Origin: Octopus sinensis
Lineage: Eukaryota
DNA: 64,000 bases
Direction of reading: 5' to 3'
NCBI RefSeq assembly: GCF_006345805.1
Contig: NC_043001.1
Coordinates: 81,158,001-81,222,000 of the forward strand
The notes under the pieces are model-generated. The model was not told the DNA's origin and did no database searches. It saw nothing but the letters and a program-made list of their open reading frames with translations. Below, in pieces: positions 1 through 12,750 of this stretch. Both the position numbers and the translations under genes were made by a program. Position 1 is the stretch's first letter; every line of letters starts with the position of its first letter.

Positions 1-837
1 CCCCTCACACACACATACACTCTCATAACCATTGATTCCACACCTTTCCCTCCTTGCCCATCACCCCTCCATTTACTCAAGTTATAAGTTGCTGATATCC
101 CATTCATATATTTTAATTGCCTATTTCCGACATGACAATGCTTTCCAAGCTCTCTCCACGAGAAATTCATAGGAGCAAAGTTTGTTCAGCTGATTGGTGG
201 ATTTACTGGTCATATTATCCGGCAGCCATATTCGTCTCTCCACATTCTCTTCCCCAACCACCCTCACTACACCCCACCTCATTCCCACTGTTAACAACCT
301 CTATCTTGCTTTTCCTGTTTAGCTCAAACTTCACATTCTTTCCTGTATGTAGGTAGACAAATCAAGTTCTGAACAGCTCCTGATACTTTTGCTGTTTGTT
401 TTCTGTGTCTTGAGTTTCCTCATGTTTGTAACACGAGCGATTGTGTATATTTTAGCCATTTCCATCAGCACGCCATTAATAATGCCACAGATTTTAGTGC
501 CATCAAGAACCACTGCCTTCACTTTTTAATGCCATTGTCGTCATCGTCACAATGGCATTATTGTCATCATACCCTTATTGCCATCATCATCATCATCATC
601 ACCAAATCCTTATCCTCTCTCCAGCAGTCCACTTCTTATATCCTGGCAAAATACTTTTGCAACTTGAACATTTGACACTACCAACACCTTTAATACTATT
701 ACTGCTTTCAATACCTGCACTACTACAACCACTACTACCACTACTTTCATTCTCATCAACACCACCACTACTAATACTACTACTACTACTACTAATAATA
801 ATAATATAATAATAATAATAACAATAATAATGGTTTC

Positions 838-1650
838 AAATTTTGGCACAAGGTCAGCAACTTAAGGGGAGGGGGCAAGCTGATTACATCGACCCCAGTG
901 CATAACTGGTACTTAATTTATCGACCTTGGATAGATGAAAGGCAAAGTTGACCTCAGCAACAGTAATAATAATAATAGTAATTCTAATTTTGGCACAAGG
1001 CCAGAATTTTTGTGGGAGTCTGGTCCAGTGGTTCCCAAAGTGGGCAGTACTGCCTCCTTGGTGGACGGGGGGAGATCCAGTGGGGCGTTGAAGTGGAATG
1101 ATAATGGAGTGGCCAAAATGGGATGAAAGATGTAAAAAAAATATGTAGTTTAATTAAGTTTAAGTTTTATTTGTCAAATACAGTAGTTTTGAATTTGCTG
1201 CAGAAAGTGGTCTATATTTGTGGTGAGGAGGGTGAGGGAGCATTAGGAATGTGGCCTGGGTTCCAAGGGGGTGGCAGCCTGAAAGAGTTTGGGAACCATT
1301 GGTCTAGTTAATTGCATAAACCCTAGCGTTCAACTGGTGCTCATTTTATTGGCTCCCCAGAGGATGAAAGGTTAAGAAATGTCTGTAAGCATTTTGCCTA
1401 GCAGGTTAATGATTTCTGCCAGCTTACCATCCTACTATTATTATTTACTACTACTACTATACTACTACGAATAATCCCTTCTTCATTTGGCACAATTTGA
1501 GGGATGGGGAAGTTGATTGCATCAAAACCTCAGCTGGTTCTTATTTTACCACTGAAAAGATGAAAAGCAAAATTGTCCTCAGCAGCATTTGAACTCAGAA
1601 CATAAAATACCACTTAGCATTTTGTCCTGCATAGTTAGAATTCTGCTAGT
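838..1650 (-). mobile_element. Three SINE family B copies (838-960; 985-1432 split by hAT MITE; 1485-1650)
   Basis: Each has part of TTTGGCACAAGG..GATTACATCGACCCCAGTG..CTGGTACTTA.TTTATCGACC..GGATGAAAGGCAAAGTTGACC..TTTGAACTCAGAAC. Confidence 0.75.
1026..1301. mobile_element. hAT (Charlie-like) MITE
   Basis: TIRs CAGTGGTTCCCAAA / TTTGGGAACCATTG. 8-bp flanks gtctggtc and gtctagtt (6/8, resembling the NTCTAGAN target). Splits a SINE-B copy. Confidence 0.85.
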
Positions 1651-2694
1651 TCACCACCTTACTACCACTACTACTAATACTAAAAATAGTAATGAAAATA
1701 CAGGCACAACATTGATTTTCCAGAAACTTTGGTTCCAAGATCTTTCCAAGTTACTGATTTTTCTAAACCAGGGGTGATGACCTTGGTTGACACACTCTGA
1801 ATTAGATACTAGATTTACTTGGAAAATACAATTAAAAACAGATAACTGAACATTAGTATAAATGATACAAGTTTATTAATACTGTACAGTGCAAAGTGCC
1901 AGTAAAGTAGTTAGGTGGTTGTGGGAATTTAAAGTTCCTGCTCGTTAATTAGTGTGAATTATAAGAGGTTCTGGGATCATCAGTGTCCAGAAAGTCAAAC
2001 TACATCTGTTATTGCCACCACTACTATTACAACTACTATCATCTATATTCCTATTACTAATATATCTGCCATCACTACTACTACTGCTTTCACTATCATC
2101 ACCACTACTACTATTACTACCACATCTACTACTTTCAATAACCATCACCACCAACACTATTTCCTGTGCCACTTGCTTTCCAGTCCAAAATATTTTTGTG
2201 CCATATTTTTTAAAGACTCAACTCATTCCCCTCCAAATACAAGTAATGCAACAACAACAACAACAACTAGTAGTACCACAATAAAACTTACTACACCACA
2301 CACAGGCTGTGAATCCTGGGATTGGAACGTTGTTTGGATAAGGAACCTTATTTTGGTAATTCTGTGAAGTTTACCCTGTCACAACCCCTTTCCTCCTCCG
2401 CACATTTACAGCTGTTTAGTTACACTAGGAGGGCGCGAGAGGTTTGCTATTAGCCATCTTACTCACACATGCTCTCGTGTTCGGATGCACCTGTGTTCTC
2501 TCGCTTTCTCTGCCTCTCTCTCAGACATACACAGGATATTCCCAAAAATGTGTTTGAGGAATGAAGGGAACTATTTGTTTTGTTGTTAGCCACTTCAAGT
2601 GAGGATAGCTTGAGATATTTGGGATTTATTCATCATTTTGTGTCTGGCATAATGAAATTTTTTTTTTAATGTTTTCTCTTGTGTTATTGATATC

Positions 2695-2695
<1 letters not shown>

Positions 2696-2747
<52 letters not shown>

Positions 2748-2770
2748 CATTATTATTATTATTATTATTA
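2696..2770. repeat. (ATT)n microsatellite
   Basis: About 25 near-perfect units. A similar tract lies at 3305-3385. Confidence 0.95.
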
Positions 2771-2940
2771 GGCATAGTCATGGCTGTGTGGTAAGAAGCT
2801 AGCTTTCTTCCCAACAACTTGGATCTGGGTTCAGTCCCACTGCATGGCACCTTGGGCAAGTGTCTGCTACTATAGCCTCAGGCCAGCCAGAGCCTTGTGA
2901 GTGGATGTGGTAGATGGAAACTGAAAGAAGCCTGCCATAT
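2771..2940 (+). mobile_element. tRNA-derived SINE family A (head)
   Basis: A-box-like TGGCTGTGTGG, B-box-like GGGTTCAGTCCC, then GGCACCTTGGGCAAGTGTC...GTGAGTGGAT..GGTAGATGGAAACTGAAAGAAGCC. More than 20 similar copies in the window. Confidence 0.85.
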
Positions 2941-2969
2941 GTATATATATTATTATTATTGTTGTTGTT

Positions 2970-3155
2970 AAGGTAGTGAGCCTGACAGAATTGTTAGTAC
3001 ATTGGAAAAAATTAGTGGCATTTTTGCAAGCTCTTTACCTTCTGAGATACTTTTCAGACTCAGTAAAATAAAGTACCAGTCAAGTACTGGGGTTGATGCA
3101 ATCATCTACAACCACTCTCAAAAATTGAGGCCTTGTGCCTATAGAAGAAAGGATT
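2970..3155 (+). mobile_element. SINE-B, internally deleted
   Basis: AAGGTAGTGAGC.TGACAGAATTGTTAG...AGTACCAGTCAAGTACTGGGGTTGATG..GGCCTTGTGCCTATAG..AAAGGATTATT. Confidence 0.7.
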
Positions 3156-3307
3156 ATTATTATTATTTTTGTTCTTTCAATTTTGTTTCCATTTCTTGCT
3201 GAGTATCTTCCTGACATCTAGGGCAATGTAACTCACTGTATACATTGGTAAGCCATTAAAAAAACACACCAGATTGTTTATTTACAAGGTCTAGTTCTGT
3301 AATAGAA

Positions 3308-3354
<47 letters not shown>

Positions 3355-4625
3355 TATTATTACTATTATTATTATCATCATTATTCTGACAGAATCAGTA
3401 AGAAAGTTATTTGGTTGATATTAACATAGTAATAGCAGCTGAATATCTTTCCTGTCCTTACCAAAGAAAATATTCAGACTTTTTTTTATTTTTTACTGTT
3501 TATTTGTTTGATAAAAAAATATTTTTCTCATTTTATTTCTCTTTCCAAATTTCACTTTATGGTACCTCTCTTCATATATTTTAAAATGTTCTAATTATTT
3601 CTTAATAGAATATAGTTTACATGAAACATTGGCTCATATATATATAAACATTTTAAATATATATTTTTTTTTATGCCAAAACATTGTAAGATATAAGAAC
3701 TGATACAAGTTGATGATTTGTATACCAATATTTTGGGGTTAGGATCCTTCTTTAGGAAATCTTCAGAAATATTGAAATATAAGTTAATAGTGTAAAGCAT
3801 TGAATTCTGTTATTTATTATAATTTGCATTGTTTTGGCTTTATAAAAAAAAATTTTAAAGCATTTATTTTCTAATATTTCATTTTCTTTATCAAAAATGT
3901 CATTTAGTACCCTTCTTTAATTTTTTTTTATATCTACCCACCCCCAGTGAAAGAAAAATGCAAATATTTGACAATTTTGAAAATTATTTCTGCCTTCAAT
4001 TTAAACAAATTTTTTTCTATTTATTATGTGCATTATTTACTCCTCTTGTCATCTGTTGTTTTTTTTTTATTACCTTTTTTTTCAACAAGAAATATAGAAT
4101 TCAACCATTGAACATCTGCTGTGCTAAAGAAGAATGCCAGTTGCGTAAAATATTTGTTTTGTATAACAAAACAAATATTTTAAGTAACTAGCATTCTTCA
4201 TTCAGTTTGCTGTTTTTTCTCTATGGGATCACTGACTATACTCTACTCACTGCACATCTTTTTCTAGTGTCCCCTTCTGCATACAGATCAGAATGTTAAT
4301 GTCATCATAATCATGATTTCTTTCTCCCTTTTTGTCACTCTTGTGTCAGCCCAAGGTTGAGATATTTAAGATCACTGATGACATACATATCCCTTGTGTA
4401 TTTCCCAGTACATTTCTAAAGGCAGGAACCAATCATCATCCACCTGGGATTTCAACTTTCTTGGCATTCTTTCTTTACTAATTTACTCACTGCTAGTAAA
4501 ACCAGCTTATTTAGTTCTTTCTCCTTAAAAAGTTCAAAGTGACCTTTTAATACTCTGAGAAGATTTTTATTCTTGCTGGGAATTTTTAACAGTGTCATGA
4601 TCTTGCTAATCATGGCACTATCACT

Positions 4626-4800
4626 TTAACCCATTTTTAACTTTATATATATATATATGCTGTAATACAATGCTTTTATTTCAAATGATTTTTAAAATAA
4701 TGAAGAATTTAGTAAAATAACTGAGGTTATTAAGCTAGTGTTATGAACATAAATTATGAAATTTTTGAAGGCGGTTTTAATTTATATAACTTTAACACTT
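4626..4800 (+). mobile_element. piggyBac-like MITE P1, degenerate
   Basis: TTAACCC start. AATGAAGAATTTAGTAAAATAAC..ATTAAGCTAGTG core shared with the 8889 copy. Confidence 0.55.
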
Positions 4801-5840
4801 TTGTTATATTTTTGTTGAAATCCACTGAAGCAACATTAACCGGAGTGTTTTGCTCAAGAAAGCAATGCATTTCCTAGTTCTGGAATTGAGACCACAATCT
4901 TGTGAACATAGGTGCAACACCCTAAACTACTAGGGCACATACCTTCACGTATATTGTGTGACAAGAAGTAATTTCCTCATAATATCTTTGTCTGTTGTAG
5001 TAGTTTAATTCACATAGGACCCCACTTAAGAAGTTCCTCAAGATCACATACACGAGGTTGCTATGACAAATATGTATGTATGTATGTTCCTACATCATAC
5101 TCCTTTTCTATTTGAAGAGCTAGTGAAGTGTTAGTTCTGTGAGATTATGACAAGATATTCATTTTCTAATGTTTGTCAACCAACTTGTGTTATTGAGTAG
5201 AAATAGTGTGGGTTTCAAGCTCTGTCTGTCTGTCTGTCTGTATGTATGTATGTGTATCTAGTAATTGAATTTTTAAGTTGATTTTAATTATGTTTTTCCT
5301 AATTAGAGCTAACATTCCATTACCACTTTCAATAACAGCTGCACCACTATCCATCATCACCATCAATACTGCTACTATCGTATTACCACTACCTCCACCA
5401 CCACCACTAATATAAAACCACATAAGAATCCGTAGTTTATTTCAGAGAGTGGTTGGTTACATTGTTTGTGTGAATGATGCTGCTGTCATTGTGACTTCTG
5501 GTTTAATTAGGGAAACCAATTGACAACTTAGGCCAAACACTGCAAAGAGCATTCATTAGAAGCAGGGCTTGGAAACTGGAGAAATGGAGATTACATAGAA
5601 GAGAAAGAAAATACTGGAAGATGTGTAGGATAAATGTTGATGGTTGTGATTAATAGGTGCAAAGGATAAAATGCATAACAATAAGTGTTTTACCACCTAT
5701 GTGAGTATAGATATATGTATGTAGGACATATATATATATATCAACAGGATGTGTTATAATACTATTCTACGTATACTAAAACAGTCATACCAATAATCCA
5801 AGATACCTCCATCTTCAACTGCCCTATATATATATATATA

Positions 5841-5970
5841 TCATCATCATCATCATCGTTTAACGTCCGTTCTCCATGCTAGCATGGGTTGGACGGTTCG
5901 ACCGGGGATCTGGGAAGCCAGAAGGCTGCACCAGGCTCCAGTCTGATCTGGCAGTGTTTCTACAGCTGAA
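5841..5970 (-). mobile_element. RTE 3'-end fragment, young-looking
   Basis: (CAT)n CGTTTAACGTCCGTTCTCCATGCTAGCATGGGTTGGACGGTT is the reverse complement of the 22600-22750 LINE tail. CpGs retained. Confidence 0.82.
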
Positions 5971-6762
5971 TATATATATACAGTAATCCCTCACCATATC
6001 ACAGTTCACCTATCGCACACTCAATACATCATGGATTTTTGTGGCTATATATACAAATTCATATCGCTGACTCCTCAGTATATCCAGGTTTCTGTGACCG
6101 ATTAGTATTTATATTTTTTTAGATTTTGATTATATCTGTGGGAGGTTTGGGAACATAGCACTCACAATAGTCAAAGGATTACTGCATATGTATTATGTAT
6201 GTTTAAAAGTATGCTTTTGTGTGCATATATGTATATGTGTGTGTGAACATGTATATTATAAATGAATGTGTATGGATCTTCTAACCCATGCCAGAAGGAA
6301 GACAGAGGTAAAACATGTATATGTATGTGTGAGTGTGTGTCATCATTTAACATCCACTCTACAAGCCGGCATAGGTTGGACACTTTGACTGAATGTAATG
6401 AGTTAGAGTAGTAGTAGTAGTAGTATGGGGGACTGCACTGTAACTGTGCGTCACTGCATTCACCATTTGTTGATGATTCCCTACTCATGGCAGATGACAT
6501 CTTTGCAACATTCAGGCAACAACACCCCAACCCTATGATCTTTTTGGGTAGTCATTACTAGTGAGGGTTTTATAGGTCAGGGTGCAAATCTTACCTTAAC
6601 CTCTTTTAGTTACCTTTCATGATGCGCAGGGTAAACATTTGGTCTATTTGTTGGCATATCAGTCCCCACACAGCACAGTTAGAGGACAGTTTCAGCATGG
6701 TTTCTGTGACTGAATGCCCTTCTTACTGCCAACCATCACACACACTCACACACACAGACATT

Positions 6763-6922
6763 AGGATTCCATTCAGTGTCTGTCTATCAAAAATTCACTC
6801 ATGAGATATTGGTTGACCAGGGGCTGTAATAAGAGACATTTGCTTAAAGTGTTGTACTGTGGGACTGAACTTAAATCCACATGACTGCAAAGCAGGCTTT
6901 TTAACCACACGGCCATGCCTAC
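6763..6922 (-). mobile_element. SINE-A head, degenerate
   Basis: Reverse complement of the family A head. Confidence 0.7.
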
Positions 6923-6929
6923 ATGTGTG

Positions 6930-6971
<42 letters not shown>

Positions 6972-8114
6972 GGATGGAGGGAGAGAGAGAGAGAGAATAC
7001 ATCTCTATATAAATACAATATACAAAGATGTATAAACAGAATGCATACATACACACACACACATATACATATATAAATATATATATATGTATGTATGTAT
7101 ATGTATGTATGTATGTATATGAATGTATATATGTATGTATGTATATGTATGTATGTATGTATATGTATGTATATATGTATGTATATATGTATGTGTGTGT
7201 GTGTGTGTGTATATAATGGATATATGCTTAGCTTAATACAAGAGAGAGATTATATGTATATGTAGATATATGACAATCCCTAGATCTTATATTTTTATTC
7301 ATTGGCACATGCATATTGACACACACATAGACATACACATAGATAGCTAGATAAATATGTACATTGGTATAAATAAAAATATATAGTAGGTGATATGGAT
7401 ATAAATTGATGTAAACAGATAAAGAGGATAGATAAGCAGACATAGATAAATAGCTCCAGTAACAGAGAGAGAAGGAAGGGACAATAAAGAGTTACTTATA
7501 AAGGGAGAGAAATAGGGAGAGAAAAAGGGCTAGTGATGTTTAATCTCTCCCATTGCTTAAATTTCCCAAGCTGCTGTATGTTTGGCATGATAAAAGCTTC
7601 AATGTTTTATTCCCTGTAGTTGTCTGTGTGTATGTTTGTGGTAGAGCTGTATTTGGCCACAGAATATTTAGCTGCTTATTTGTTTTGTGTGTGAGAGAAT
7701 CTGCGTGCAGGCATGCATGTGTGTGCATATGTTCTTTTATTCCACAAAATTGCAAATGCCAAAAATCATTTGCACATACATATATACGTGTGTGTGTGTG
7801 TGTTTGTGAGTGTGTGTGCACAGACATACATTTAGATATGCATGCATGCATGATGTGTGCATCTGCATGGTTGCACAAATTGACTTGCATATTTATGTTC
7901 ATTGTGCAGTATTTTATATAAGATGTACATGATAGAATCATTGGAAATATTGAATTCAGATGTCAGAATAAATCTATTATAACCATACACTTGCAATCTC
8001 AACTTTCTGTACTGAAGCCTGTTCTATGCTTGTTGCTTAATAAATATATAGACAGTATGTTCATTCTTGATTGGTTATATATTACATTATATAGTATACT
8101 GTTTTATATAGTGT

Positions 8115-8700
8115 ACTGTGGGTGTGTAGTTAAGAAGATTGCTTCCTAACTATGTGGGGTCTTGGGTTCAATTCTGCTGTGTGACACTTTGGACACGTGT
8201 CTTCTGTTATAGCCTACAGGCTTGACAAAACCTTGTGAGTAGATTTGGCACTTGGAAACTGGATGAAGCCCATCACATGTGTGTGTAACAGAACAAGATA
8301 ATGGAAATTTTTTTAGTATTATTTATACACTATTACATGTTAGATATGACATTTAAGGAATTTCATATTAGAAATTCTTCAGGCAGAGAAATTATTCAAT
8401 GTAATTTGTGTGTGTGTGTGTGTGTAGGTGTGGGTTATTAAATGTGTGCATGTCTTTGTCTTGATGTCACATGATGGATGTAAAAGAGCATCCCTGTCAT
8501 ACAAGTGATATTGTTTATTTCTAGTCTTCTGTAAAAAAAAAATATGCCTGATCATAGTGGAAATATTACTTTACTTAAATTCAAATGAGGGTTGGTGACC
8601 AGGAGGAGCATCCAGCCATAGAAAATTTGCCTCAACAAATTCCAATGACCCTCATAAGCATAGAAAAATGAACGTTAAATGGTGGTATTGATAATGGTTG
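8115..8700 (+). mobile_element. SINE-A head + tail type 2
   Basis: Head at 8115-8280. Tail at 8440-8700 ends AAGCATAGAAAAATGAACGTTAAATG. Confidence 0.7.
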
Positions 8701-8888
8701 ATGTGACAAACTGGCTGAATTGATTTTCCATGCACATGTATACATTTTCTATGAAAGTACACTTGCATATCAAACCAGAAATTTCATCCTATGTCCAGCA
8801 CTGTGCTCTGTCTGCAAGCAAGGCACTCTTTTTATCATTGGTCCAACTGATCTGGTAGCTTGTTACTATAGGGCATTTTCTGCTTGCT

Positions 8889-9108
8889 TTAACCCTTTCG
8901 TTAATGTAGTTTTGAGATGCTCTGTTTTTCTCTCAATTATTTTAAATATAACAAAGAATTTTGTAAAATAACTTAGTTATCATTAAGCTAGTATTAGGAA
9001 CATTAATTGTGACTAAGGTTTCATGAATGATTTTAATTCAAAACTTATGAAAACAAGACATTTGTACTACAGAGCCGGTTTCAGCCGGGTTGGTAACAAA
9101 AGAGTTAA
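8889..9108. mobile_element. TTAA-bounded piggyBac-like MITE, family P1
   Basis: TTAA|CCCTTTCGTTA ... TAACAAAAGAG|TTAA inverted ends. Body similar to 4626-4800, 56745-56935 and 57015-57270. Confidence 0.7.
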
Positions 9109-9316
9109 CCAACCATATCCAGCCCAAATATTCTACCTATTTTATGTCCAAACTAGCCAAATCCAGACTCTTACAACTACCCAATAATGTCATTCTAAAA
9201 ATAAACAATCACATCATTGAAATTTGAAAGCTGTGAGGTAATGCCTGACAAATTCAAAAGGATATGAATAAATAAACATTACATTTAACATAATAATCTG
9301 AATGCTAAAGGGTTAA
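9105..9316 (+). mobile_element. TTAA-bounded piggyBac-like MITE, family P2 (5' damaged)
   Basis: Ends CTGAATGCTAAAGGG|TTAA. Body (AATGTCATTCTAAAAATAAACAATCACATCATT) is shared with 46571, 57593 and 62117. Confidence 0.7.
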
Positions 9317-9426
9317 ATATCAGAACAGTTGTAATGGAATTACATCAACCGGTTATGGCAACAACTGTCCTCCTCTTCTATCTTCCAGTCTCAGAGATTC
9401 TTCAACAAATAGTTGTGGCATCAACC

Positions 9427-9625
9427 TACCCTGGGGTACTTAGTTACAGTTTGATACCCTGGGGTACTTAATTACAGTTTGATACCCTGTGGTACTTATT
9501 TAAATCTTGGTACCCTGTGATATTCTGTGGTACTTGTTAACAAGGTACCTTACTGTACTTATTAACAGCTTGGCACTCTGTAGTACTTATTCACACCTTG
9601 GTACACTATGGTACTTGCAGCTTGA
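9427..9625. repeat. 28-bp minisatellite (about 7 units, decaying rightwards)
   Basis: Unit TACCCTGGGGTACTTAGTTACAGTTTGA starts at 9427, 9455, 9483 and 9511. Confidence 0.85.
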
Positions 9626-11637
9626 TAGTCTGAACAGATTAGATCTGAGAGTTTCAGCCTCAAACTTCAAATGCCAGTCAGTAATGGTAACAGAATACAA
9701 GCTGCCAAATCCTTGGGTAGTTGTTCAGTTTCTTATGGATTTTGGAGAGATGAAAATCTCCCGAAACATTAGAAACCCTGGAAAAACAGTCTCTAACAAG
9801 TTACTTGTTCCCCTATATCAGGTTCAGATTGTTTTTTTTCATATACATACATATATATATATATACACACACACACACATAGATATATTGCTGTGTTAGC
9901 TTTTTCTGTGATAAAAATGTAAAATAAGGCCAAATCTTTTATGTATTTCTCAAACTAGGTTTAATTAATGAATTTATTTACTTATTATTTTTTTCTTTTC
10001 AAATGCTATTGCATGCTAAACTTAATTAGCAAAGATGTTATCCTGAGGTTTGGTGACAACAAGTCTCCTCAAATCTTAAGAATCTTTCTTAGGATTCTTG
10101 TAGAATGCAGGGATGGTACTTCTCTACAGGTCGACAACATGTCTCTCAGTTCCAATACCCTTCAGCCTCTCATCATCATCATCATTATCATTATTATTAT
10201 AAAGAAATTTATTACGGTTTTGCTCTCATTTTTATTTTTCATGCTATCTTATATGCATTCTAGATTCATCAAAATATGCCTAAGTATATATTTTATCTAT
10301 AGAATTTTACAATGTGTGTGTATATATGTCAGAACAATTTTCACAAATTAGGAACTGCATCACGGCATACACACTCATACACTTGTTTGCATCTACATAC
10401 CATCTTAGATGTTTATTGCAATTTAAGCAAAAATTAGTTGCTTCTCATTAGCTATGTGTGTTTGCCTCTTCATGTTTGCATTGTAAGTGAACAAATGCGT
10501 CTTGTTGCATATATCATGCTACACCATATAATCAATGGTGCATAAGCATATGAATGTACATTCAACCCTCACACATACATTCATACATGCATATACACAC
10601 ATAGGGAATCAGTTACACGTGCATTGTGTTATACAATGCTGTCATCTGTATACATGCATACATACAAAACCACCTGCATTTATACCTATGTTTCTAACAC
10701 ACACACACACACACACACACACTCTCTATATATATATGCACAGTATAGAGAAGAAGAAACTCCCAGAATCCACTACATTGATTTTTTTTTTCTTTCGGTG
10801 CCTTTCTAGGAACTTATTACATTGAAGTATTGATTGTAACCACGGCAACTATGACTAGCGAGCATAAGTCAGCCTATGCATTTCCAACTACAAATGATTA
10901 TAGAGGCAAACTCTTTTTGCTTTTTTTTTTGTTTTTTGTGTGTGTATCTGCGCTTTTTTCTCCTAGGAAAGCATTCCTCATTCCTCAATTGCTGAGCTTA
11001 TTTCTCTCAAGTCCTTCCACAAGCTTTCATAGTAAACTGATGAATTTTGCAGCAGACTAGTTCTCTTTTGTTATTTGATATTAGTCTGATAGATTTCCCA
11101 GAGACTTAGTTATTCTTGTTATTATATGCTAGCATGATAGATCTACCATGGGACCTAAGGTCCCTCGTTGTCAGATTTGGGCCTGATAAAATTTCCTACA
11201 CAAACAACTAGCCTGATAGATTTGCCTCAAAGTCAATTGTCCCCTTGTTCTTAAAAAAAAAAGTCCTACCATGGTATGATTTACCAAGGAATAAACCTTT
11301 CCTTTATTGAGTTTCTAGATTTATTGAATTACCTGAGATCCAAAATTGCTGGTTTGATGGATCAGCCAGCTTGCTCCTCACTCCTGCATTCCTTCATTTA
11401 TTGATGCTAGATTAACCAGCAAGTTTACTTCCCCTTTCATGCTCTGTGATAGTTTACATTTTTCATAGTTATATATCCATCTAGTAGATTTCTCAGGGAA
11501 TAATTCATTCTGCACTGTCTGTTGTCATATTGATAGATCATCATCATCATACAGGTGCAGGCGTGGGCTCTGTGACAAGAAGTTTGCATCCCAATCATAT
11601 GCTTTCAGGTTCAGTCTCACTGCATGGAAACTCGAAC

Positions 11638-11682
<45 letters not shown>

Positions 11683-11882
11683 ATATATATGTTTATCTAT
11701 CTAATCTACCTATCTATCTACCTATCTATCTACCTATCTATATATATATATATATATATATCATCATCATCATCATTTAGCGTCCGTTTTCCATGCTAAC
11801 ATAGGTTGGACGGTTTAACTGAGGTCTGTGAAGCCGGGAATATATATATATATTTATATATATATATATTTATATATATATA

Positions 11883-11913
<31 letters not shown>

Positions 11914-11924
11914 AATTTGTTTGT

Positions 11925-12145
11925 GTGTGTGTGTCTTTGTGTCTATGTTTGTGCCTCACAACTGCTTGACAACTAGTATTGGTATATTTATGTCCCCATA
12001 ACTTAGCAGTTCAGCAAAAGAGAACAATGCAATAAGTTCTAGGCCTTACAAAAATATAAGTCCTGGAGTTGATTTAATCAACTAAAATTCTTCAAGGTGG
12101 TGTCCCAGCATGGCTGCAGTCTAATAAACTGAAACAAAAGATAAA
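11925..12145 (+). mobile_element. SINE-A tail type 1
   Basis: CTTGACAAC..TGTCCCCATAACTTAGCAGTTCAGCAAAAGAG..CCCAGCATGGC..CTGAAACAA. Confidence 0.7.
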
Positions 12146-12159
12146 TGATTGTCTTAATG

Positions 12160-12555
12160 GTTACTTTTCCATGCATAGGTCAGATGGAGTTTGTTGAGGA
12201 GGATATTCTACAGCTGAATGCACTTCCTGTCACTAATCCTCGTCTGTTTCCAAGTACAATAATAATATTTCTTATGACCAGTCATGTTTCCATGGAAGAT
12301 TGAAAATGAAAGACACCACTTGCACTATGGTGACATTTGTTTACAGCCATCATGCATTGCGAGGCATGGAGACAGTAATACTCACACACACATAGAATAT
12401 TCATATATGACAGGCTTCTTTCAGTTTCTGCCTACCAAATCAAGTCACAGGGTTTCAGTCAGCATGGGGCTATAGACAATGTCACACAATGGGACCGAAC
12501 CATTGGGACCAGGTTGTGAAGCAAATTTCTTACCGCCACCACACCTGCACCTGTA
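12160..12555 (-). mobile_element. SINE-A head + tail type 2, full length
   Basis: Reverse complement has the head, a short (TG)/(TA) tract and tail 2 ending GCATGGAAAAG. Confidence 0.72.
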
Positions 12556-12715
12556 TGTGTATACATGTGTGTGTGTGTGTGTGTGTGCATGCATGCATAT
12601 ATGTGCATTTGTTTATGTATATAGGTGTATATGTATGCATATATTAGGAGGTGTGAATGTATATGTATACACCTGTATATATGATTACATACAAATATAT
12701 ACTTATATGCATAAG

Positions 12716-12750
<35 letters not shown>

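Noticed and set aside
9621-9831. Open stretch LDSLNRLDLRV...LVPLYQ after a ttgcag acceptor
   Set aside because: No recognisable similarity to plexin Sema/PSI or another family, weak donor, and the upstream part of the ORF is the 28-bp minisatellite.
11056-11225. CRISPR-like repeat-spacer appearance
   Set aside because: Repeats are short and degenerate, spacers are related to each other, spacing is irregular, the context is eukaryotic and there are no cas genes.
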